This document shows positions 37,889 to 46,800 of a stretch of 64,000 nucleotides of DNA, in pieces. A program made the translations under genes and the position numbers. Each line of letters opens with the position of its first letter. The stretch's first letter is position 1. The DNA comes from Candidatus Micrarchaeia archaeon (GTDB lineage: Archaea; Micrarchaeota; Micrarchaeia; Burarchaeales; JAVZCV01), in NCBI GenBank assembly GCA_038874215.1, contig JAVZCV010000002.1, forward strand, positions 32,001 through 96,000. The letters run 5' to 3'. Under the pieces are notes generated by a model. It made no database searches, was not told the origin of the DNA, and was given only the letters and a program-made list of their open reading frames with translations.

Positions 37889-38926
37889 ATGAAGCTATCC
37901 CATACTATGCCAATTCTACTGCTGGCAACCTTCATCTGCACAGCCATAAGCATAAATACAGACAAGACGGTGTACACTAAGGGAGAAACGATAATGATTA
38001 AGACAGATGAGATCCCACCGACACCGCTCATAATAAGGGTGGGCGATTACATTCTCTTTAACGAGACACTCTACTCCAATGAATTAAACTACACAGCCTC
38101 AATGTTAAACCCAACGGGGGTTTGGCGCATATACTTTGATGGCATAAACGAAACGAAGAGTGTTTCTGTCATTAACAGCATAAACAGCTCCTCTCTTCTC
38201 ATCCGCATTCTCAACATGCCAACGCAGAAATACCCGCGAACGTCGCGCGTGTTCTTCATGGCAAGCGTCAGCATGAACGGCATTCCTATTGAAGATGCTA
38301 ATGTCTATCTCCTCTCACCCACTGGCCTTTTACCTATGACGGGTTCTGGCGGGCTTTACTCCACAGATTACATAATCCCGCCCGATTCTCCTATAAAGCA
38401 GCAGGCATTCTACATTCTTGCAATAAAAAATTCATCAGATACTCTTTTAGGAGGCGAATGCTCAGTGGAAATCAGCGTAGTGCCTGCCCGCATGCATATC
38501 GGATTCAGTGAATTGCGTAGTGCCGTGTCTGCTGGATCAAAGATAAGGGTTTTGCCAAACATATCCTACGAGACAGGATTAAAGCCAAAAGAACCCACGT
38601 GCGTCATACGCATAAACGGGGTTAAAGTAGCAGAAAATTGTATGGCAGAATTCACGCCACCAGAGGAGGGTGCATACCTTATATCTGTGAGTGCATGGGA
38701 TGGATGGGGAAACAGCGGTTCAGGCTCTATAGACCTTCTTGTGTACGAACCGTTGCCATCCATGTTTATTGGATGGCTAACCCGCCTACTTCCTTCAATC
38801 ATCCTCCTAATTCTATTTATATTTGTTCTAAAAAGCAAACACGTTAAAAAATTTATGGAAGAATACGGCGTGTTTCAGGAAATCAAAGAATTTTTCGGTA
38901 GTGGTAAGGAGGGGAAGAATTCATAG
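37889..38926 (+). CDS. Cell-surface protein with Ig-like domains and C-terminal TM; paralog of 48364-49515
   Basis: Signal peptide, TDK.VY..GET, P.G.WRI, D.WGNSG and C-terminal TM. Confidence 0.72.
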   Translation: MKLSHTMPILLLATFICTAISINTDKTVYTKGETIMIKTDEIPPTPLIIRVGDYILFNETLYSNELNYTASMLNPTGVWRIYFDGINETKSVSVINSINSSSLLIRILNMPTQKYPRTSRVFFMASVSMNGIPIEDANVYLLSPTGLLPMTGSGGLYSTDYIIPPDSPIKQQAFYILAIKNSSDTLLGGECSVEISVVPARMHIGFSELRSAVSAGSKIRVLPNISYETGLKPKEPTCVIRINGVKVAENCMAEFTPPEEGAYLISVSAWDGWGNSGSGSIDLLVYEPLPSMFIGWLTRLLPSIILLILFIFVLKSKHVKKFMEEYGVFQEIKEFFGSGKEGKNS

Positions 38927-40006
38927 ATCCGAAACCGTGAACTCGGAAAGCCTCCTTATCGCATCCAGCTTCTCCCTTCTTCCAATCTCTGCGCTTTCAA
39001 CCGCATCCCTCAACATCTTTATCGTATTCGCATACGTCTCCCTATCAACGGGATACGGAATACCGTCTTTCCCCCCATGCGCAAAACTGTACTTTGCAGG
39101 GTCTCTCCAAGAAATCTCCTCGCCAAAAACCAATTCCGATACGAGTGCGAGCGCACGAAGGCACTTCCCACCAATACCGCGCAGGGAGACGAGTTCATCG
39201 TAATCCTCTGGCTGAATCTCGTATGCCATTTGAAGACTTCTCCAACCTCTTTCGCTTATGTCAATCCTCCTTATTTCATGCCTATTCGGCATTCTCTCAA
39301 AAGGCTCGCAAAAAAGCGTTTGCTGTCCATCTAAAAGCCCTCTAATCCTCATGGGATTTTCACGTACCATGTCAAGGCTTGCCTTCCTTATTCCTTCATT
39401 TTCCCTTGATGTTAAATCAAGCGTCTCCCCCGTAAAATCGCAACATATCCCTACGTGAGGTTCTTCTGTGTACCTCCTGAATTTCCCAGAAAGCCAGTGG
39501 TACCTTCTTGCATATTCACCATTCATGCCCTGCTGAACGACCGCCCATGCCCCTTTCTCAGAAATGAAAATTGAATGGTGGTAAAGCGAGAACGAGTCCT
39601 GAACACATGCACTATCAACCTTCGCAACCATCCTGCTTGCACGGGAGATGCTTTGCGAATCTATGCCAAAAAATGCGCATATTCCCTCTATTTCAGAAGG
39701 CGCTTTTTTTGAAGTCTTTCCTTTACCGCCAGCAACCCCAACGCCATGCAACTCTGGTTTCAGCGCAAGTTTCAGCGCACCGCACGCAGTCGTGGTTGTC
39801 CCAGAGCTGTGCCAATCAAAACCGATCGTGCAGGCGAAAGCTTGGAACCAGTAGGGGTGGGCAAGCCTCCTTATAAGCTCCTCAGGTCCGAACTCCTCCA
39901 CAATAACATCTGCTATCGCGCCAGAGAGCGCAACCATCCTCCTGAAAAGCCACCGAGGCGCCTTGCCGTCGTGAAGAGGCAGCTCAAAGCCCCCCATTCT
40001 CTGCAT
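38921..40006 (-). CDS. DUF763 family protein
   Basis: LPLH.GKAPRWLF.RM, DWHSSGTTT, AKVD, VVQQGM and DPAKYSFAHGGKDG.PYPV motifs. Confidence 0.93.
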   Translation of the reverse strand: MQRMGGFELPLHDGKAPRWLFRRMVALSGAIADVIVEEFGPEELIRRLAHPYWFQAFACTIGFDWHSSGTTTTACGALKLALKPELHGVGVAGGKGKTSKKAPSEIEGICAFFGIDSQSISRASRMVAKVDSACVQDSFSLYHHSIFISEKGAWAVVQQGMNGEYARRYHWLSGKFRRYTEEPHVGICCDFTGETLDLTSRENEGIRKASLDMVRENPMRIRGLLDGQQTLFCEPFERMPNRHEIRRIDISERGWRSLQMAYEIQPEDYDELVSLRGIGGKCLRALALVSELVFGEEISWRDPAKYSFAHGGKDGIPYPVDRETYANTIKMLRDAVESAEIGRREKLDAIRRLSEFTVSDL

Positions 40007-40057
40007 GCATAAATGAAAAACAAAAGCAGATTTAAATCCTGAGGAGGGAATTTTCCA

Positions 40058-40642
40058 CTATTCCAAATTCGTGTGGAATAACTTCATATGCTCCTCGCTC
40101 TTGTTCTTTCTTCTCATTATCTCCTCTATAACGGTGTCCAGAAAAACCATCGCTGTTAGCTCAAACAGCGTTCCAAGCGGAGTTATCGGCTCGTGTTCGC
40201 CCGTAACCTGCCTAACCTCATAATCCCTCTTTTCATCAAACAATTTTCTTCCCTTTATCTGTACTATGCAGTCTGAAATTGAGCCAAGTTCAGATTCTGG
40301 AAAAGATGTTATCGCTGCGATCTTTGCACCCTTCGCCTTTGCTATCTTTGCAACACCAACTATTGAGCTGGTCCTACCCGAGCCAGAGAGCGTTATGAGC
40401 AAATCCTTATGCGTTATCGCAGGCGTTATTGTCTCACCAACAACATAAACGATGAACCCGAGATGCATGAGCCTCATTGCGAACGCTTTCGCAACAAGAC
40501 CACTTCTTCCAGCACCATTAACGAATATCCTCTCCGCGCTTATTATGGCGTTTATAAAATCCTCTATGCTTTTTCTGTCTATCTGCCTGCATTCTTCTGC
40601 GATTCTCTGCGTTAGTTTTTCCATCCTTATATAGATGCTCAT
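40058..40642 (-). CDS. hxlB: 6-phospho-3-hexuloisomerase
   Basis: GAGRSGLV.KAFAMRLMHLG, VGETITP, SGSG.T, PLGTLFE and HTNLE motifs. Confidence 0.94.
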   Translation of the reverse strand: MSIYIRMEKLTQRIAEECRQIDRKSIEDFINAIISAERIFVNGAGRSGLVAKAFAMRLMHLGFIVYVVGETITPAITHKDLLITLSGSGRTSSIVGVAKIAKAKGAKIAAITSFPESELGSISDCIVQIKGRKLFDEKRDYEVRQVTGEHEPITPLGTLFELTAMVFLDTVIEEIMRRKNKSEEHMKLFHTNLE

Positions 40643-41487
40643 CTGATAACACCTTTTTCTCTAAGCGCGGGGATTATGCCGACACGTGCAACCGGGTTCC
40701 TTATCGTATCGCTTGTTATTATTCTTAAAGCGCCAGATTTTTTAAGCTCTTCCAAAGATTTGCCAAGAAACAACCCGTGCGTTGCACAGCACGAAACACT
40801 CTTCGCACCCTTCTTTTTAAGAATCTTCACTGCTTTTACCATCGTGCTTCCTGTTGATATCATATCGTCTATAACCACTACTCTCTTCCCGGCAACATCA
40901 AAATTCGCTACAAGCTCCTCAACCTTCCTATACGCTTTCCTGCCTTTTCCATAACTCCCCCTTCTCTTTTCCATCGTCTCCCCATTTTTTCCAACGAGAT
41001 ATGCTGCCCCCATGTCTGGCGATACTACCATATCATAGCTATCAAAATGCCTCAGAAGTTCCTTCCCCATGCTTATGTTCCTTATCCACAAGCCCGCATA
41101 ATCAAAAACCCCCTCCTTTTTCAGAAAATGGCAATCAAAAGTTATCAGTTCATCACAACCAGCGCTTTTTATAAGAGAACAAATAGTTTTTGCGCTTACA
41201 GCCTCACCTTCAAGAAACCTCTTGTCCTGCCTTGCATAAGGCATGTATGGTATTATGCACGATATGTTTCTTGCGCCCATCTCCCTAGTCTGTCTCAGCA
41301 TAAGGAAAAGCTCAATCAGTGCTTCGTTCGCATTCGGATAACAACGGTGAAGAAGAACAACATTCCTTTCATTAAAAATTGGTATCCTCACATAGCGCTC
41401 CCCATCAGGGAAACTCCTTGTTTCAATCAGTTTTCCGTCTAATTCTCTTGCAAAATCCATGCAGTTCGGGCTTATGAGAATGACCAT
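40639..41487 (-). CDS. prs: Ribose-phosphate pyrophosphokinase
   Basis: FPDGE.YVRI, PYARQDK, VSPD.GA and IDDMISTGST motifs. Confidence 0.94.
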   Translation of the reverse strand: MVILISPNCMDFARELDGKLIETRSFPDGERYVRIPIFNERNVVLLHRCYPNANEALIELFLMLRQTREMGARNISCIIPYMPYARQDKRFLEGEAVSAKTICSLIKSAGCDELITFDCHFLKKEGVFDYAGLWIRNISMGKELLRHFDSYDMVVSPDMGAAYLVGKNGETMEKRRGSYGKGRKAYRKVEELVANFDVAGKRVVVIDDMISTGSTMVKAVKILKKKGAKSVSCCATHGLFLGKSLEELKKSGALRIITSDTIRNPVARVGIIPALREKGVIR

Positions 41488-41495
41488 CTCACTCC

Positions 41496-41933
41496 CTACA
41501 CGAATTCTCTAATGCTGAATGTCTTCTCGCAGAAAATGCACACAAGGATATCATCCTGCCTTTTTCTAAACCTCGTATCCGTTTTCTCAAAGTTCGTTAT
41601 GCAGTTTGGGTTTGGGCACTTCAATATGCCCACTATCTCATCGGGCACCTTTACCTTCTTTTTCTCCACAACTTCCGAGTTCCTTATTATGTTAAGCGTG
41701 GCGTTCGGCGCTATGAGCGCTATTCTGTTCGCGGTTTTCTCATCTATAAACTTCCCCTCTATCTTCACTATGTCCTTCTTCCCTATCTTCTTGCTGCTCA
41801 CATTCATTACAAGAGCAACTCTCGCACCATAGCTTCTGTCTATGTTAAGCACTTTCAGAACGTCAAGCCCCATCCCAGCGTTTATGTGGTCTATTACAGT
41901 CCCATTCGCTATCTTCTCAACGGTAAGAGGCAT
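41496..41933 (-). CDS. pyrI: Aspartate carbamoyltransferase regulatory chain
   Basis: GTVIDHI, KDIVKIE, CPNPNCIT and C..CE motifs. Confidence 0.95.
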   Translation of the reverse strand: MPLTVEKIANGTVIDHINAGMGLDVLKVLNIDRSYGARVALVMNVSSKKIGKKDIVKIEGKFIDEKTANRIALIAPNATLNIIRNSEVVEKKKVKVPDEIVGILKCPNPNCITNFEKTDTRFRKRQDDILVCIFCEKTFSIREFV

Positions 41934-42863
41934 TCACGCACCCCCTTTGCCTATAAGCTCGCATATGAGCGCCATTCTTGTTGGCACCCCGTATTTCGCC
42001 TGCTCAAAATACTTCGCAAACTTTGAACTATCAACACTCGGCTCTATCTCATCTATCTTCGGTAGAGGATGCAGGATTATCATATCGTCCTTCGCGGATG
42101 CGAGCATCTCACCGCTAACCCTGAATTCTTTCTGCAGTTTCTCTGCTTCATACTTATCAAAGAAGCGCTCCTTCTGTATTCTGCATACGTAAAGCACATC
42201 GCAATCGGATAAATCCGCTTTATCCTTCTCAACAACCTCTATGCCAAACTTCTCTCTCACTTCTTCAATCACCGCCCTATCCATATTCAGCCCCTTCGGT
42301 GCCACAAGAGTGGCGTTCGCCCCAAACATGCCAAGACCGTAGAGGAGCGAGCGCATAGTCCTTGCATGCTTAAGGTCGCCGAGCAGAAAAACATTCAATC
42401 CTTCAATCCTTCCCTTCAGCCTCCTTATCGTATATAGGTCAAGAAGCGTTTGTGTTGGGTGCTGGTTGCCTCCATCGCCAGCATTTATAACAGGGCTGTC
42501 TGCAATATAGGCGGCAAGGCGGGCAGAGCCTTCAAGAGGATGCCTTATAACGAGCAGGTCTGCATAGCCGTCAACTATCCTTATCGTATCTGAAAACGTT
42601 TCACCCTTTGCCATAGAGCTTGCTTCTACAGAAGCGAAGTTTATTACTCGTGCGCCGAGCCTCTGCGCCGCAGTTTCAAAAGACAGCCTCGTTCTTGTGC
42701 TCGGCTCAAAAAACAAAGTAGCAACAACAACACTTTCTCCTTCAAGCGGCTTCTCCCCTCGCCTAACACACTCAATCATCTCATCTGTTCTTGCAAAAAG
42801 AGTTTCAAAATCCTGCCTTGTAATGTCCTTTATTGATATAAAATCTTTCACGCTGAGTGCCAC
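41934..42863 (-). CDS. pyrB: Aspartate carbamoyltransferase catalytic chain (start approximate)
   Basis: FFEPSTRTR.SF, HPTQ.LLD, RIQKER and HPLP motifs. Confidence 0.96.
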   Translation of the reverse strand: MALSVKDFISIKDITRQDFETLFARTDEMIECVRRGEKPLEGESVVVATLFFEPSTRTRLSFETAAQRLGARVINFASVEASSMAKGETFSDTIRIVDGYADLLVIRHPLEGSARLAAYIADSPVINAGDGGNQHPTQTLLDLYTIRRLKGRIEGLNVFLLGDLKHARTMRSLLYGLGMFGANATLVAPKGLNMDRAVIEEVREKFGIEVVEKDKADLSDCDVLYVCRIQKERFFDKYEAEKLQKEFRVSGEMLASAKDDMIILHPLPKIDEIEPSVDSSKFAKYFEQAKYGVPTRMALICELIGKGGA

Positions 42864-42930
42864 AAAACCCACAGGAGACTTCGCATGTAACATATTTAAA
42901 ATTTTCACAGGGCAGATGTAGCGTGGTAAA

Positions 42931-43539
42931 ATGTTGATTGCTTTTGAAGGAATAGACGCATCTGGTAAAGAAACGCAGGCGCTCATGCTTAAAGGTTGGC
43001 TTGAAAGCCTCGGTTATAGAGTCTCACTCTATACATACCCGGATAGGAAGAGCGATTATGGGCAAAAGCTTGCGCTTTTTCTGGATAAAAAAATTAACCT
43101 TAGCGTTGATGAACAGTTTGCGCTTTTTGCAAGCGACATAATGAAGGACCAGCCCGAGATAGCTAAAAAGCTGAAAAAGGGCGAATTCGTTTTGCTTGAC
43201 AGATACATTGCCTCCACTCTTGCATACCAGTGCGCGCAGGGATATGATTTTTCAAGGGCGGCGGAATGGATTGAGAAAAATAAGCCCATTAAGCCAGATT
43301 TGTGCTTTCTCTTAGACATATCCGCGAAAACATCGTTTGCGAGAAAGAAAAAAGAAGCGCAACCAGACATATTTGAAAAAAACCTATCTCTCCTATCTTC
43401 TGTGCGTGAATTTTACCTTCGGATTGTAGAAGCCAAAATGATAGCGAAGCGGTGGGTCATCGTTGATGCAGAGCGCAAAAGGGATGAGGTTTTCGAGATA
43501 ATAAAAAGCGAGGTTGGGCGCTGTTTAAGCAGCCCGTAG
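42931..43539 (+). CDS. tmk: Thymidylate kinase
   Basis: FEGIDASGK.TQ, DRY..S.LAYQ and KPD motifs. Confidence 0.93.
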   Translation: MLIAFEGIDASGKETQALMLKGWLESLGYRVSLYTYPDRKSDYGQKLALFLDKKINLSVDEQFALFASDIMKDQPEIAKKLKKGEFVLLDRYIASTLAYQCAQGYDFSRAAEWIEKNKPIKPDLCFLLDISAKTSFARKKKEAQPDIFEKNLSLLSSVREFYLRIVEAKMIAKRWVIVDAERKRDEVFEIIKSEVGRCLSSP

Positions 43540-43576
43540 CAACAAATAAAACAGTTCTCTCATAAATTAATCCAGT

Positions 43577-43780
43577 GCTCCAGTAGTCTAGGAAGCTTTT
43601 CTTTCAAAAAGAAAAGTTTCATCAAAAGGCGAAAGAAAGGTTTGGACAACTCGGTCAAGGATACCGGCCTTTCGAGCCGGCGACCCGGGTGCCCTTCTCA
43701 GTATATGGAAAGGGCAGGGAATTCAAAGCAGCTTTTTGGAAAAGCTGCACCAAAAGCAACTGAAAATCCCGGCTGGAGCA
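43577..43780 (+). tRNA. tRNA-Glu(UUC) with three introns: 15/16 (43592-43649), 53/54 (43690-43721), 59/60 (43728-43766)
   Basis: Removing 58+32+39 nt gives 75 nt GCTCCAG-TA-GTCT-AGCTCGGTCAA-GGAT-A-CCGGC-CT-TTC-GA-GCCGG-CGAC-CCGGG-TTCAAAT-CCCGG-CTGGAGC-A; BHB central helices GTCT/GGAC, CCCG/AGGG and TTCA/TGAA. Confidence 0.92.
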
Positions 43781-43810
43781 CTCAAAAAAATAAAAGAAAA
43801 AGGAGGGCAA

Positions 43811-46800
43811 CTATCTCCCCTTCCTTAATCTCCTGCTTATCGCATATATCGCCAATACTAATAGCAGAAGTAGCAATAGCGATAGTAGCTGGAACTCACG
43901 CGAGCCCGCAAATCCCAAGAACATACCAACTATCCCTGGGCTTGGTGGCTGTGTTCCCGTACTCCTCTGCAGTGTTCTGACTACGGGAGTCTGCGGCCTC
44001 GGGTAAACAGTCGTTGTTGGTTTATCTACAAGCGAAATGCCAGGTGTTTCGTATGTGTAAACTCCGACTGCGTTTGCGGGATATCTCGCGCTTCCGTTCT
44101 CATTCGTTATAACGCTCATAACCGCGCCAGTCGGTCCTATAACTCTTATCTCTCTGCCCTGCACAGGCTGGCTATTTGAATCTCGCAGTATTATTGTAAC
44201 GTTATCGCCCAGATACGCACCGCTCGGCGCTATCAGCATGTAAAGCTCTGACCCATATGTTGTTGCCGTAGTCGCGTTGCTGGTTGTTCCCTGTTGTGTC
44301 GGCGGTTTCTGGATGCAGTCTGGGTCTGTTTCACCGCATGCAGCAACACAAACACCGTCCTCATTGCAGTTTAGCGATGGTGGTGGTTGCGGACAGTCTG
44401 GGTCAACGCTACCGCATGCAGCAACACAAACACCATTCCTGCCGCAGTCCAAAGGTATCTCATCAGGCGTTTCATCTCCGCCGCCTCCCCCGCCTCCTCC
44501 GCCCGATGGTGCAGAACCAACGACAATTGTGGTTGAGTTTACTGGTTCGCCTACCCCACCATACTCATCAACTGGTGTGTATTCGCAAACCACTACATCG
44601 CCAGCATTCGTCATGTTTGCAGGAAGCGTTGCAGAATTCACACCGATTACTTCTGTGCCGTTTATAAACCACCTGTATGTTGAATTGCCCTCAGAGTCTT
44701 CGTCTGGGTCTGTGAAAACTCCGTTGCAAGTCAAGTTGTCTAAAGTTGTTGCGTTCGGTGGCATTATCTCAACGGTGCTTACGAGAGGCTGTAGATTTGC
44801 AAGAAGACAGGGCTCATTACCATCGCTCTGGGTGTTGCCAGCAAAGTCCGTCCCAACTACTTTATACTGCCAGATAATTCCATGCGTTGCGTCCTCATCC
44901 TTGTATGTAGTTTCGGTAGAAGAAACGTTCGCTATAGCTTCGTATGTTCCAACGCCGCAAACTCTCCTGTATGTTGTCTGGTAATCAAGCCCGCTCGTGT
45001 TATCCACTGGCAGAGTCCATGTTAAAAGAATGCTTGCGCTGCTGGTCAAATTAAGGTCATCTATTGGGGATGGCGGCATGATGTCAACAACAACACCATC
45101 GCTACCTTCACTCATGTCGCTCCACTGCCCGTACGTGTTGTTTGCGCGTACCCAAACATAGTATGTCTGGCCATCAGTTATGTTCCCTTCATCCTCCGCA
45201 CTGAGCACATAGCATGTTTCATCTCCTATAAACTTGCTTATGAGCGGGTTAAGCGGTTCTGTTTCATTTGAGAGTATAAACTCATACCCATCTATGCCCG
45301 TCTCGTTCTCTACCGATGCGCTCCAGCAGAATGATAGGTTTCTCACTGGCGCGTAGCCATTTACCATCAGCCCTGCATAATACGGCTTTCCTGGCGGCGA
45401 TGGCGGTGTGTCGTCAATAATGATGAAAATCGTTACGTTCTTGTTTTCGTTGATGTTCTCAAGCGCCACTCCATACGAAACTCCTTTCACTGCAGTGAAC
45501 TGCACAGGGTTGTACGTGATGTTATCGCCAGCGCCCCTATATAGCGTGTCGTTCATCGCAAAGTAATCGGTAAGCCCGAGCGCATTCGTTGTGCCCATAT
45601 CCGTGATGCCGCCATTAGCATCCTCTGCGCTGACAGCCGCACCATCAACAGGACCACCACTAACCGTTTCTGTAACATTCACGCGCACGAACCACTGTAT
45701 CGTCACGTTGTTCTCTGCCTTCGCCTCTGCAAACCATATTGAATAGCGGTCAAGCCCGTTTATGTTTCGGTATATGTTGTTCCCTGCGATAATATCTTTC
45801 TCAAAGTATGTCTGGTTCGGTCCCGAGAAAGTGCAGTTCTCAAAAAGGTTGTTGTTGTTAATGTTGATCAACCCTTTTGGATATAAGGAGAACCAAATCG
45901 TTGGTGAATTCTGCTTAGTCGTTATTATCGCGCAGTTGTAGAAAGTCTCATTGCTGGCGCCATCAAATTTGACTCCGCCTGCACTCTCGCCCGCGGCACT
46001 TACCTCAACATTCTCAAAAAGGTTGCTGGACGAATTTTGGTCTATCAGTATCCCATCCGCACCTCCACCAGATGCTGTTCCCCTGATGTCCTTGAAAGTG
46101 TTGTTCCTTGTTGCGCTAACCCTTATTAGTAAAGACTCATTACCGCTCGTTTCTACAACATTGTCCCAGTATTCGTTTGATCCGCCCCCATATACGTACA
46201 ATCCATAATTGCTATTGCCTGAGGAGCTTATCGTGTTTCCATAATAGCGGTTGAAAGTGGAGTTTTCAGAATATATCCCATATGCGGAAAAAGCGTGCGT
46301 CGTGCCCGTGTTATCCCTTATTTCATTTTCATGCGATTCATTTAGCCAAATCAAAAATCCCCACTGCAGCAAAGTAGTTATATCATTCTGCTCAACAATG
46401 TTTCCCTCGCAATTGATTAGTTTTATTCCTATCCCAGAAAAGTTCGTTGTTGTTATGTTGTTAAGGGAAACGAGCGAATCAGCTGCCATTTTAAGAATTA
46501 TTGCAGCGTTGTCTGAGCGCATTTCCCCCTTAGAAAGCAGATAAATATCATTCTCAACAACACTAACGTTTGTTGAGCTATCAACGAGGATTCCCTGCAA
46601 GTTCCCCTCAAGCGCCGCACTCGTTATGCGGTTGTATTTCGCAAGAGAGTTATCGCTGCTCTCAAAGTATATCCCCGTCGTGAAGTTTATTATTGTGCAG
46701 TTTACAACTTTCACGTTATCAACGTTATCAACGAAAACACCATAGCCAGTGCCATCGCCGATTATTGTATGCCCGTTGCAGTCAAGCACAACGTCATCAG

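Noticed and set aside
43642-43980. 112-aa ORF on the + strand
   Set aside because: It overlaps the tRNA-Glu gene and the antisense of the surface-protein 3' end; no motif.
44277-44984. 235-aa plus-strand ORF with poly-Pro
   Set aside because: Antisense of the poly-Gly/Cys-rich part of the large surface protein.
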